64,000 nt of DNA, taken from contig NC_092344.1 in the NCBI RefSeq assembly GCF_963676685.1, positions 64,790,001-64,854,000 on the forward strand. The letters are read 5' to 3'. Origin of the DNA: Mytilus edulis (lineage: Eukaryota). Made by a program: the position numbers and the translations under genes. Position 1 is the first letter of the stretch. Every line of letters starts with the position of its first letter. Shown here in pieces: positions 15,301-25,754 of the stretch. A model generated the notes under the pieces. That model worked only from the letters and a program-made list of their open reading frames with translations. It was not told where the DNA came from and did no database searches.

Positions 15301-15831
15301 CATGACACGAAAAACAAACCACTTCAAAAACAAAAAAGGTTAGTTCTACAAAATGATCATCTTGGCTCTCCTACCAAAAGTTATCGGACATAAAGGGTCT
15401 GCGTACGTATTGACACAACTTATACAGCCAAACGCACTCTCAATTTTAGTATGTGTTTAACTACTGACTGAGAAGTTAAAAAGGACCATATATCTAACTC
15501 CAATAATTGAGCAACACGTGTTCGAACCGGAAAGAGTAAATGCTTCATGTACACTTTAAGGTTAAGCAGTATCTGTATATATAAGTGTGAACCTTAAATA
15601 ATTGATTGTTGCAAATCAATTCATTTATTAACATTTATGTTTGTTTTTGCTTTATATAATTATATTTTATCATTCAAAGTTATTCTTTATTCTTTATTTT
15701 CCATGATATCAAATTTTTATTTTTATTTCAGAATTAATCACGTGCTTAAAAACAGTGATTTCTTCCATAAGGCATTCCAGTGTTCTTCTGATAAGGAAAT
15801 GAACCAAGAGAATACATGCTCTTTATTATAA
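371..15831 (+). CDS. M13 family (neprilysin/endothelin-converting enzyme-like) protein, predicted catalytically inactive; 5'-partial, 11 exons in window
   Basis: Exons, all AG/GT-bounded with matching phases: 371-478, 1011-1186, 4805-5006, 5726-5805, 6788-7505, 7974-8081, 8506-8612, 13205-13270, 14162-14260, 14837-14886, 15732-15831 (TAA). The spliced product shows M13 landmarks in order: LKHLYSACLN, LLDVFKFERQL, LNWTDIL, YNDRFNKIELPLGL, WWSS..F..WNCYDNQ, STGEVMNADGAL, LPILSATPEQLFLLHFTQNFC, RINHVLKNSDFFHKAFQC...MNQENTCSLL. N-terminal exons lie upstream of the window. Confidence 0.88.
545..795 (-). repeat. Decayed 3' tail fragment of the Penelope-like retroelement family
   Basis: Degenerate match to 19090-19500 and 49398-49680 (agaggtgctccgaaggagaaagcagatcctgc versus caggtgctcaggaaaggtaagcagatcctgc). 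Confidence 0.55.
2033..2220 (+). mobile_element. Degenerate tRNA-derived SINE (Meta-domain-like)
   Basis: tRNA-like head (gtggtctcgtggtatggtgctcggc...ggtttg) followed by tcaaaccaaa...tgcttctcgg...gagtaagagcaaga; related copies at 8131-8395 and 30680-30850. Confidence 0.5.
2693..2837. mobile_element. Palindromic (hairpin) MITE-like element
   Basis: Arm tgatgcaagatatactttattgtagttttaacatgggtaggcattata is the near-perfect reverse complement of tataatgcctacccatgttaaaactacaataaagtatagcttgcatca, around a short spacer. Confidence 0.8.
2944..4071. mobile_element. Non-autonomous foldback-type DNA transposon with TIRs, subterminal minisatellite arrays and a TSD
   Basis: TIR atggcaagccgttctcgtcaaaactatgtttaaacc at 2944 and its reverse complement ending at 4071; direct repeat acaacaat at 2936-2943 and 4072-4079; ~21-bp cacactgaga units at ~2998-3150 and inverted tctcagtgtg units at ~3714-4020. 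Confidence 0.9.
4090..4256 (+). repeat. Fragment of the hammerhead-bearing repeat family (ribozyme part absent)
   Basis: tactaaggcttttctacctc...atagattacctt.gctgtatttggcaaaact matches 18847-18900 and the reverse complement of 27900-27955. Confidence 0.65.
5190..5310 (+). repeat. Short interspersed repeat (aagatgtggtatgattgccaatgagacaac family)
   Basis: Related copies at ~6207-6260, ~14655-14735 (inverted) and ~52920-53040. Confidence 0.6.
5524..5615. repeat. Short tandem array of (c)gctaaagtgcgatgg units
   Basis: About five imperfect copies with ~19-22 bp spacing are directly visible. Confidence 0.75.
8131..8395 (+). mobile_element. tRNA-derived SINE (Meta-domain-like) in an M13 intron
   Basis: B-box-like ggttcgaatcg followed by cttctccgctacgtacgcagcattaaggagtaa...tgtgtccg, which resembles the central domain of metazoan MetaSINEs as I recall it. 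Confidence 0.6.
9050..11776 (+). mobile_element. Cluster of decayed Helentron-associated (HINE/pearl-like) non-autonomous elements
   Basis: Repeated ~150-bp cores (accaaaa.....aaaatcaatcc.aaccttccttttgtggtcata), gacga microsatellite remnants and similar termini ...tgcggttgtataaaaa (10820-10836) and ...tgtggttgtataaaaa (11762-11777). Confidence 0.55.
9703..9875. repeat. ~33-bp minisatellite tgtgcaattgaa.atttcttgctattg..caatac (about 5 copies)
   Basis: Directly visible tandem units. Confidence 0.85.
12898..13048. mobile_element. MITE with CAG...CTG termini and 5-bp TSD (hAT-like, tentative)
   Basis: cagtggcggatccag...ctaaatccgcctctg; atatc duplicated at 12893-12897 and 13049-13053. Confidence 0.8.
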
Positions 15832-16309
15832 GTCATTGGCTATGAACGTTCACCTATGACTCATTTAATGACGAAATTACATGATGTAAAGATTATTTTA
15901 ATAAAATAAGTCTTGAAAATGATATTCATGATTTAAAGTATACGTAGACAGGTTATTTTTCTAAATTCTGAAATTCGCATGTTATATATACCCCAGGACA
16001 TACACAAAAATGATAACTCTCAAATTTGATCTTAACCCACTTTGTCCAGTTGTTGACATAGGGCGACCACAGTTGCATAGCATCTTCTCCTGTCCTTGGC
16101 TTTGCTTCTATGTAGATCAAAGGTTAGATCTCTGTGCGAGGTTGTATAAGTCGTCCTATTTTCCGATTGGCCTGAGGATTCCAATCTTGCACCTGTGTAG
16201 TTAAATTTCTATCTACGTGTTGTAATCGTTCTTTCTATTGGTTATTCATAGTTTTTAACCAACTAGTACATTATTGCCAAAAATGACTATTTATTAAAAA
16301 ACAATACAT

Positions 16310-16470
16310 ATTTTATGTAATGGCCCTGTTTTTTTTTTCTGTAATGGCCCTGTTTTTCTGTAATCACCCTGTTTTTTTGTAATGGCCCTGTTTTATATGT
16401 AATGGCCCTGTTTTATATGTAATGGCCATGTATTAATGCCCAGTTTGTCAGTATTAAGCCCAGTTGCGGT
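16310..16470. repeat. Tandem tgtaatggccctgtttt(n) array
   Basis: About six units; related taatggcc motifs recur at 16755-16820. Confidence 0.75.
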
Positions 16471-17864
16471 TTTTAATAAAGTTATTAAAATAAAGTTGTA
16501 AAGATTATAATACTTTTTTTGTATTTTATTTAATTTAGTAACCAGCAACCAACATTAAAGAACCATATAAAGGGATCACTGTTCATCCTGTTCAAAAAGC
16601 ATTATCATGTTGAAGTACAACGTATATTTTTTCAAACTAAACTGTCATTAAAAGTACCCTCTTGCTGTCATTAAAAGAGTAAGAGGGTACAGTTGGCAGC
16701 AACGCATACACTTTTGTTCAGTTGGTTAGTAAATGTATTAAGAAATGGGTATATAATGGCCTTGTTATATGTCCAAGGTCTGTAATAATGGTCGAGGAAG
16801 TCTGTAATGGCCCGAGGCAACCATTATAAAAAAAACCATTCATGAATACTATATTATTGTCTTGTCCCTTTCCATAATTCTTTGTTGCTAATATTGTTTG
16901 GCCAATTAATGTAAATAATGATAAGTAGACACACGTTCATGAAAACTTGTAATGTTTAGGTAGAATCAGCTGTTATAATTAGTCTCCAAGTTTCTGACCC
17001 ATGTGAGGTATAGATTTTATATTTGAGTTGAAGATCCTGATTTTGATGTTTGTTCTGAGTAATATGCTTTTGTTGTCACAAATTTGACAGCAATCTTTTT
17101 CCCAATTATTTTTTATAATATGCAAAACATATAAAAAAAACCTATGTTTATACTTGGGCATGAAATGTCCGCGTTTCATGTACAAATGAAGTTCAAACTC
17201 TCTCTTATGATAAACGACTCATCATTGAAGTCCACTGGTAACATCGATTTTATTGTCACAAAATCATTTATTGAACATTCCTATAGTTGAATTTACACTT
17301 TAAATTTATGTTTATCATTTACCGAGGGTTAAAATTCAAAGTTGACGTTATATTGTTGCGTGTTAGTTTTTTGTATTATTTAAAATCAAGTTAGTGATAT
17401 AGACCCATATATTCTTTACAAAAATATATAACTTAAATGCACATGGGTTATCACTTGGTAAACGTATCAGTGAATAGAGCTATGTTTGTCTCATTCTGCA
17501 TGATATGTGAAAGGTTAAATAAATACGATACTGAAGGCCGAGAAAAATTCAAAAAGGAAAGTTCTTAACCAAATGGAAATATCAAAAGTTCAAACACATC
17601 AGACGAATGGATAACAACTGTCAGTTTCTTGACTTTTTACAGGAATGTTCTATGCAGACATGAACTAATGTAGAATGCATATTAGTCAAATGGAAATCGC
17701 AATAATGCACTGCAGTATCATTGTATATGATATATAATATAATATAAGCTATATCATGAGACAACTAATCAGAACTTACTTTTGTTAATAAATAATCTTT
17801 CGTCAGCTATTCTAAATTTCCTTTCCAATGCAAAACGAGAGGCGAAAGATATAAAAGGGACATT

Positions 17865-18800
17865 TAAGATCAGCATGCTTGATTTCTTGATTGACATTAT
17901 ATTTGTTATGTTTGATAATATAGATGAAGATAGTGTTTTTCAACAACAAAAAAAGCGACATTTCCATGGGAACCAATCGTACTCCTCATCTTACCGACGT
18001 TTTCGTTTATCACAAGTCTGACTTCTTCTCCTGAATTCTTATGAAAAGAGAAAAGAAGTTAGCGGCATCCTTTACTCCGCTATGGAGTTCATGTTCTCTA
18101 AATGAGTAATTCAAAATATGGCCACTATGGATCGCATCTATCCCTTCGAACCTAATAACTTGATTTAAGTTGATATTACATATAGGATTTGACAATACGG
18201 GTCGTTGGCATCAAAACGTTACGACAAAAGAGATAATTTTAGTTTCCCATTGTGAACTTTTCATTTCTATGTAGCAACATTCCCGCAGCGCCTGCGTACG
18301 GAGGACAAATCTCCTAGTTGATACAATATTCCAGAGCATGTGTTTCCTATCATGATTCCCTTTATAGAGAGTGTAGCTTACAAGGAATCTATCAAATCAA
18401 GAGTTGCATGTGGTTAATTTGAAGTCATCCATTCGTAAAATTTACGCGTTAGTTGACAGTTGGAATATTTGTATCAAAAATGACGATCAATATGTTCCAA
18501 TTGTTGCGACTAAAATATCACCTTTTCTTCTTACCGAATAAGACATATCACCGGGTTTGTACTGACATGAGGTACACGACGTGTGCCACATGTGGAGCAG
18601 GATATGATTACCCTTCCTCATCACCTGAGATCACTCCCATGTATTTGATGGGATACGGATTACACAGTTTTGGGGTTTTATAGTTAGTATTTATGTTGTT
18701 GTTTGTCTATTTGTCTTTTACTTTTTGGGTTATGGCATTGTCCGCTTGTTTTCGACTCGTGAGTTGAAATGAACCTTTTAGAATCCTTCGACTCTCTTAT
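17865..18800 (+). pseudogene. Decayed Penelope-like element reverse transcriptase fragment plus 3' tail
   Basis: Frameshifted remnants of MLDFLID.IFV.F, FQQ..GIPMGTN, YDKRD.F.FPIVNF.FLCSNIPAAPAYG and QLI.YSRAC, followed by the tgtgccacatgtggagcagga tail shared with other copies. Confidence 0.75.
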
Positions 18801-18846
18801 ACACTCATAAAACAGGTCAAAAAAGCAGGACAAAGAAAACGAAAGA

Positions 18847-19046
18847 CTAAGGATTTCTTATCCCAGGCATAGATCACCTTAGCGGTATTTGTCACAATTT
18901 TTTTGGAATTTTGGATCCTCAATGCTCTTCAACTTCGTACTTGATTGGCTTTATAAATATTTTGATATGGGCGTCACTGGTGAGTCTAATGTAGACGAAA
19001 CGCTCGTCTAGCGTACTAAATTGTAATCCTGGTACCTTTGATAACT
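18847..19046 (+). mobile_element. Retrozyme/Penelope-pLTR-like repeat with a minimal type I hammerhead motif (core mutated to CUGGUGA)
   Basis: 18971-19014: gcgtca-CTGGTGA-gtctaatgtagac-GAAA-cgctcg-TC-tagcgt; stem II gtct/agac is intact; the catalytic core A6 is changed to G. Confidence 0.7.
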
Positions 19047-19089
19047 ACTATAAGCACTTATAAAACCAAATAAAAAACATATTCATATC

Positions 19090-19500
19090 TAAGAGAGGGC
19101 CGAAAGATACCAGAGGGACAGTCAAACTCATAAATCGAAAATAAACTGACAACGCCTGGCTAAAAATGAAAGAAAACAAACAGACAAACAATAGAACACA
19201 TGACACAGCATAGAAAACTAAAGAATAAGCAACACGAACCCCACCAAAAACTAGGAGTGATCTCAGTTGCGACGGAAGGGTAAGCAGATCCTGCTCCACA
19301 TGTGGCACCCGTCGTGTTGCTTATGTTATAAGAAATCCGGTAAATAGTCTAATTCGGTCGGTCACATTCATGAAAGGGAAGGGGTTTGTAGTTACGACGT
19401 AAGGAACAGATCCGATATCATTTGTGAACCGGTTATTCCATAACGGTCGACCAACTACTGTTGACGTCCGTAAAATTATCAAAGGGATGATTTCGTAAAC
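19090..19500 (-). mobile_element. 3' terminal fragment of Penelope-like family
   Basis: Highly similar to 49398-49745, which runs directly into RT remnants; other copies at 13530-13700, 22490-22700, 28640-28945, 32880-33110, 47870-48125. Confidence 0.7.
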
Positions 19501-19997
19501 TTCTATATACATGAACTACAATGAAAACTATTACAATTTTAAACGTCGCAAAGGAAACCAAATTTTCTACAGTGAAACAACTGGTTGTCGTCCGGAAAGA
19601 TATCACTTTAATACTTATTCACACCCCATCACAGAAAACCTAAACCAGTATATCACAGCGGAACCTTCGTCGCAGACAAAAAAGAAAAAAACTGGTTTAT
19701 CGTCTTTTGTTGTTATCAGTCGAAAGTATTTTACGGGTCACTATTGCTTTCATTATTTTATGACCATTACTTGATGCGTGCACATCGTTAAAGTGATAAT
19801 AAATCAATGAATTTTGACACAGAATATATAATGTCCCAGACGCATGTCTTTATCTACCTGCTGTTCGTCTGTCATATAACGTAATATAGCATGTATAGTA
19901 TGACCTTGAATGATAAGAAACGTCATGCTAGAAGTCGTTAAGTAAAATTAAAACTCTTATCTGGGATTCAAACAATTCATGCATTTATTCTGATACA

Positions 19998-21941
19998 ATG
20001 GCTACTAAGTATGAAGAAAATAACTTTGAAGAATTCGGACAATTCAAGGACTTATTAACATGCACTATTTGTCGGAATATTTTGACAGTCCCAAGGCATT
20101 TACCATGTCTCCACAATTTTTGTGAAAACTGTTTAAATCAACTATTATCAACTATTTTGAAAGATTGTAGCGAACAAATTTTTAAATGCCCAATATGTTG
20201 GAGACCAGTTTCCATGGAAAAGGGGATAAACGATTCTGAGTCATCAGTAATGCAGTTTCCTCTGAACTATTTACTTATGAATATAATAGAACAAAAGGCT
20301 ACCACAGTGTCAGTGAGCTTTTGTAATTCGTGTGAGCTGAATGGAAATAAAAGTGAGGCAATTTCATGGTGTACTTATTGTAAAGAGGCATTTTGTAAAA
20401 ATTGTGAAAGATGTCACAGAGCATTCAAAATAACATCGACACACTGCATATTATCCCTGCACGATATGAATGCCGACGAAACAAAATTTAATTCATGTAG
20501 TATGATTTACTGTTATCAACATCCCGATAAAATAGTTGAAGTGTATTGCATCGATCATTCTAAATCATGTTGCTGTTTATGCGCAACACTTTCACACCGG
20601 AAATGCGAAAGAGTAATTCCTATTAAGGACGCGGCAAAATGTATAAAGAGTTCAAATACTGTGAAGGAAACATTTATTCATCTGGAAGAACAATTAAGGA
20701 AAGTTGACGAATTGATGAAAAATCGTGCAGACTGCATGGACATATTTGATAAGGAAACCGATGTTGCTATAAAACAGATGAATGAAAGGAAAGAAATCTT
20801 GATAAACCATATACATAGAATATCGGACGTAACATTAAATCGTTTGACTGCATCGAAAAAAGACATATTTGTGTCTCTTACCGATGAAGTTTCTGGTTTG
20901 TCAAGGTATAGGGCTTTTCTTGATAATATATATAGGTTTTCCATTGCCTGTGTGGAACATGGTTCAGATGAACAATGTTTAATAAATATTGAGAAAATCA
21001 AATCTAAATATTTAGAAGTTAAAAACGAGATGCAGAGCGTAATATCACAATCACGAAAGCCCTCGGTAACCATCGAAGTTAATGATTTTATTAGAAATTT
21101 CATTCAAAACTGTAAAACGTTTGGAAATAGTTCATTAGATCTTTTAACAACCAAAGCCTCCTTCGGACTGTCCACAAAGAATTTTGATATCGGAAACATT
21201 GAAGTCTTGAAAATCATCCATATTAATGACGGTGGTTTTGGAAGCAGACAAATAAGCGGAATTTTCATGGATGACGCAATTTTAATTACGGATTCCCTGA
21301 ACAAAATGATTTTAAAATACGATGAAAAATATGTTATACGGACAAGAATGAAATTATCCAAGGAGATAAGTGATATTGCACGCATAGATACGAACACTCT
21401 TGCGGTTGCCTCTTCGCTTTGCACAGAAATCTACATCATTAACATTGCTAATATGAGTTTAATAGAGGCAGTTGAAACACTTTCCCCTGTCTTCGGCTTA
21501 GCGTATGTAGATTCACATTTTATTACCGCATATAACGATACACTGACTTGGACAACATTATCTGGACATCAAATTAAACAGCACAAGACTAAGGGGGATA
21601 CATGGTATGTTTCTGCATCAAAAACCAATTCGTATATTTATGCGGACGGCACAAATTCAGTTTCGGTTGTCGAAGACAGAGGGAGAACTACATCGTACAA
21701 TTCTAAAACATTAACGAATCCAAGAGGAATAGATACTGATTCGGAAGGAAACATTTACATTTGCGGATTTAATTCTTCTAATATTCACCAAATTTCTAGC
21801 GCAGGCGAACTTATTAGCGATATATCATCAATTAAATTAGGAATTGAAAGACCTTGGGTAATACGATTTAAACCTCAATCGGGAATTTTTCTATTAACAT
21901 CATATGATAAAGGAAAATTTGTAATTTGCCAATTCAAATGA
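19998..21941 (+). CDS. Intronless TRIM E3 ubiquitin ligase (RING, two B-boxes, coiled coil, NHL-like beta-propeller; TRIM2/3/56/71-like architecture), 647 aa
   Basis: C3HC4 RING CTIC...PCLHNFCENC...CPIC; B-box1 CNSC...WCTYCKEAFCKNCERCH; B-box2 CYQH...YCIDHSKSCCCLCATLSHRKC; helical middle region; C-terminal NPRGIDTDSEGNIYICG propeller repeat; single uninterrupted ORF. Confidence 0.93.
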   Translation: MATKYEENNFEEFGQFKDLLTCTICRNILTVPRHLPCLHNFCENCLNQLLSTILKDCSEQIFKCPICWRPVSMEKGINDSESSVMQFPLNYLLMNIIEQKATTVSVSFCNSCELNGNKSEAISWCTYCKEAFCKNCERCHRAFKITSTHCILSLHDMNADETKFNSCSMIYCYQHPDKIVEVYCIDHSKSCCCLCATLSHRKCERVIPIKDAAKCIKSSNTVKETFIHLEEQLRKVDELMKNRADCMDIFDKETDVAIKQMNERKEILINHIHRISDVTLNRLTASKKDIFVSLTDEVSGLSRYRAFLDNIYRFSIACVEHGSDEQCLINIEKIKSKYLEVKNEMQSVISQSRKPSVTIEVNDFIRNFIQNCKTFGNSSLDLLTTKASFGLSTKNFDIGNIEVLKIIHINDGGFGSRQISGIFMDDAILITDSLNKMILKYDEKYVIRTRMKLSKEISDIARIDTNTLAVASSLCTEIYIINIANMSLIEAVETLSPVFGLAYVDSHFITAYNDTLTWTTLSGHQIKQHKTKGDTWYVSASKTNSYIYADGTNSVSVVEDRGRTTSYNSKTLTNPRGIDTDSEGNIYICGFNSSNIHQISSAGELISDISSIKLGIERPWVIRFKPQSGIFLLTSYDKGKFVICQFK

Positions 21942-24446
21942 AAATAGTTATACTTGTCTGAAATGAAGAAAATACAACATCGTTAATTTTGCAAGACGAA
22001 AACAAATTTGACTTAATCGGCGACCGCGAAAACGTATTGCTAGTGACTTGATTTGTGACTATAAAACATGTGAAATGTCAATCTCGGTCGTTTTTATTCA
22101 GGCACTCAAAGTTCTTAATATATATTGACCCTTTTGAAAGCGATAAAGAAATCATTTAAACAAGTCACATAAACATATTCTTATCTTGCTATGTTTGTAA
22201 TATTTGCCATAAGATGTTAATCACAAATCCTTCAATATCACTGAAAAATTCGTTTGATAATTTACTATAAAGGTACTATCAGTTAATTGCCATCGACAAA
22301 ACAACTATGTCTAATGACCTGAGAAAATATTCCCAATACATAATAATCTGACAAACAGTGTTCCTGTTTAACAATGTGAAAGGTGTTAAATAATAAAGGA
22401 CATAAAGAGCATAATGTCAGCCTTAGACTCTTCTGCATACATAGTTTGATAAGCAAGACCTTTAACAAATGGTTGAGTTTGCATAAAAGAAACGCGAAAG
22501 ATACCATAGCAATATTCAAACTCATAAGTCGAGGCAAAAGCCATTTAAAAAAGAAAAAAAAAATCGATAAAAGACGAAACGAAAAATAACAGTAGACAAA
22601 AAACAAAATATAAATGCAAAACTAAGCAACAAGAATCACATAAAAAACCAGATATATGGATGTTTCGGTAAGGCAAAACTGATCTAGTACCACTTGTGGC
22701 TTCGCTTAAAATGAAAGAAATAATATAAGTAATCAGCATGATACCGTTGATGTCGTTTAAATCTGTTGCAATTTATGTTTAGTGTAAATAGTGCGTTTTC
22801 AAATTCCATACAGCGACTTAAAACAATTTCTTACTAATGTGAACATATAACTTAGGTTACTTTTACCGGAAATTAGTGTTATTTCAACTTTCAAAAAATA
22901 TTCATATACCGTATACATGTACAATGAATTCGATCTTGAAATGCAAAGATAGCCATTTCAAAGAAACAAGATACACGAAATATAAGAAAGGCAATCTTAC
23001 CTAAAATGATAGGCATTAACTTATTCGAGAAGCGTCAAAACTTAGTGTTGCTCTTGCTCTTCCAACCGGTTTTCACATGCGTGCATGTTTCCATGTTTAC
23101 CGTCATTGACTACCAATACAGGTTTGATCTCATGCTGACGACCCAGTTCATTTTAGAACAAATGAAAAAGTGCATTTGTCCAAATGGGTTTGAATTATAG
23201 ATAAAGGTCTGAAAAATCTCAATGAATATCAATAGATCCTGGCGTTGGTTGACATTCAGTGATCCTGTCAATTATTTATTTTTCTAACGCCAAGAATACA
23301 AATTATCTTGCGTCCTCAAAAAGATACATAAAATATGGATGAACGTGTAGGTAGTGGTGTACTAATGCAGATCAACAGTTGTAGATAGGGACTCTAGTCA
23401 TCGGTTAAGATACTCTATATATTGAAGATTTTTATAACGATATTCGAACAGTTATACAATTTATGAAACAGGAATTAAGCTACACTAGCAGTGCTTTTCT
23501 TTTGTTCCTCATCCGTGTGCTGTATTCATGTCTCTCAAAGTTTCGAAGCTCTGAATCATTTTATATTATTTTGCCTTCCAAAATATTTGGTTTCAATCAC
23601 TATTGGCAGGTGCAGTGCCAGTGGTTTAGATGCATTTGTTTACATTTTTTGAATCTTTTTGTTGGACAGAACTAAAACAAAATAAAACACAAGTCATACA
23701 CACTAGAATTTACGTGCTTCTAAATTCAATGCTAAATCTTAATTTTTTTCTATAGTTTGTCAGTGACTGGTGTTTTTTTTTTGTCGCTTTTTTCTTAGTC
23801 ACTGTGTTGCCTGTTTTTCTTCGATTCTTTGTTTTTATTTACTGCATTAGTATCATATCCTCTTTTGAGATCAAATTTCCAAAATATTTTTTTGGAATAT
23901 TGATTTCTTTATAAACATCCGATATTTATTAATGTTTTATACAATTCGTCATTCAAATTTTTCAACGATCCAATTATCTTTCATTAAGCTGCAAACGTAT
24001 TAAATATATACCCTGAATCATCCCTTTCAAAACTATTATACTTGTTTTTATTAAAATGTATTAATATCTCAAAATTTTTCAATAGTTCTTTCAAAATTTA
24101 AATCCCTTATTTATCTTAAAAGTTATTCCGTTATCAAATATTTTCCTTAATAATAGGAGGGAATTGGCATTTACATGAAACCTAGTGGTAATACTGAGTA
24201 GCAGGGGCATTAATCAATTTGGATCTTTAAATCCAAAACAAAGAATTTAAGCTAAAACATTTGCATTAACAAGATAGAAAATTATTTTGAATCGATTCTA
24301 TTTCATCCAATGACAGTTGAGATCAATTATCTTAAAGTGAATCCTTTTATTATTATTATTTCGTATAACATAAAATGGTTTTCCAATCAGTTTTAAAGAA
24401 TATCATGCATAACACATCTGGACAGGTTGACAATCTAACAAGAAAT

Positions 24447-25754
24447 ATGAAGGCACTGCTTATTCTGCTCATAATTCTCCCTGTAAACGCTGTTTTATAT
24501 TCTGACGGAAAACGTTTGAACGAATATCTATTAGCGAATTACTCAAGACGTTTACACCCTAGAATCAACCTTAGCGAATCAGTTACAGTTATAGTTGATC
24601 TTTTCTTGAACTCCGTCGTCGATTTTGATGTTTTAACTGGAATTTTGACGTTTGCAGGAACATTTTCATTATCGTGGGACGATGAACAAATTGGTACGAG
24701 ATGGAATAATTCTGAATTCAGTGAGATTACCAAGACACAACTAAATGTACATGAAGTATGGGTTCCGAAGCTTTATATTCGAAATATGGTTGAACAAACT
24801 TCAATCTTTCAGTTCAGCAGCACATTTGATAGTGAGTCAACATTTGTATCATTTTCGCCAAATGGAACAGCTAGGATAAAGCTTGTTACAGTCCTTCAGA
24901 TAAGTTGCACCACGGATATTACATTTTATCCGTTAGATCAACACAAATGCGATCTTTCAATCATTACGCTCAACTTTAACAGGACCGTATTACTTAGAAC
25001 GTTGTTGACTACAATGTTAAATATGCACACCGTTGAAAATTCTGAATGGACTATATCCTCTTCAGTATATAGTGGCATTTCAGCAGGTCCGTTTTCGGAG
25101 CCCATATATGAATTAAATTTCACTCGAAAACCATACTTTCTGGTTCTGAATTTAGTTTGTCCATCTATTATTATATGTACAGTAAATAGTTTATCATTCT
25201 TGATACCAGTAGCATCAGGTGAGAGATTGTCATTCTGTGTCAGTCTTCTGTTAACATACATTGTTTTCTTAACAACTGTTTTAGACAAACTACCACCAAC
25301 AGACACAGTGTCTTTGTTTAATATTTTTTTGTTAGTACAACTTATTTATAGTAGTTTGACAGTCTTTGGAATAATAAAAACACTTGAATATTATCATTTC
25401 GAAGGCAACACAGTTGTCCCAGTTGCATACAAAAACATTGTTAGATTTGTACTTCGTTGCAACTTTAACTTGAAGATTTCACCGAACACGACGACTACGG
25501 CAAAAACATTAACTGAAAACCATTCTTCTTTTAGCACATATAAGAACAATGATGAAAACAAAATGAATCTTACAAGCGGAGACTTGAAAGATAATAAGGA
25601 TGACACAGCGGATCTGGACAGTGACTACGACAATATTGCATGGCGAGACGTAGCAAGAGCTTTAGACAGGATTATAAATATAATAGCTACATCTGTTGTT
25701 ATTTTGAACCTGATTTTGTTTTTGATAATAATGATTGGATTACATACAGAATGA
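24447..25754 (+). CDS. Intronless Cys-loop ligand-gated ion channel subunit (nAChR-like, non-alpha, divergent), copy 1
   Basis: Signal peptide from ATG 24447 (MKALLILLIILPVNA; the ORF is open from 24375), VWVPKLYIRN, Cys-loop CTTDITFYPLDQHKC, ENSEW, RKP-M1, M2 SGERLSFCVSLLLTYIVFL, M3, WRDVARALDR-M4. Confidence 0.93.
   Translation: MKALLILLIILPVNAVLYSDGKRLNEYLLANYSRRLHPRINLSESVTVIVDLFLNSVVDFDVLTGILTFAGTFSLSWDDEQIGTRWNNSEFSEITKTQLNVHEVWVPKLYIRNMVEQTSIFQFSSTFDSESTFVSFSPNGTARIKLVTVLQISCTTDITFYPLDQHKCDLSIITLNFNRTVLLRTLLTTMLNMHTVENSEWTISSSVYSGISAGPFSEPIYELNFTRKPYFLVLNLVCPSIIICTVNSLSFLIPVASGERLSFCVSLLLTYIVFLTTVLDKLPPTDTVSLFNIFLLVQLIYSSLTVFGIIKTLEYYHFEGNTVVPVAYKNIVRFVLRCNFNLKISPNTTTTAKTLTENHSSFSTYKNNDENKMNLTSGDLKDNKDDTADLDSDYDNIAWRDVARALDRIINIIATSVVILNLILFLIIMIGLHTE

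Noticed and set aside
15817-15831. C-terminal CSLL as a CaaX prenylation signal
   Set aside because: It is the degenerate M13 CxxW terminus of a lumenal domain, where this Cys is normally disulfide-bonded.
16030-16190. Possible RTE-type LINE 3' tail on the minus strand
   Set aside because: Too short and degenerate to support a call.
18836-18845. GAAANNGAAA (ISRE-like) motif upstream of the TRIM
   Set aside because: A short motif at a repeat junction in AT-rich DNA, expected by chance.
20678-21424. Antisense ORFs of 141 and 106 aa
   Set aside because: Shadows of the TRIM coding strand with no motifs; the same applies to antisense ORFs over both receptors and the vWA exons.
24375-24446. Upstream in-frame ATG extension of receptor copy 1
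   Set aside because: The signal peptide and alignment with copy 2 favour ATG 24447; the extension cannot be excluded but is unsupported.
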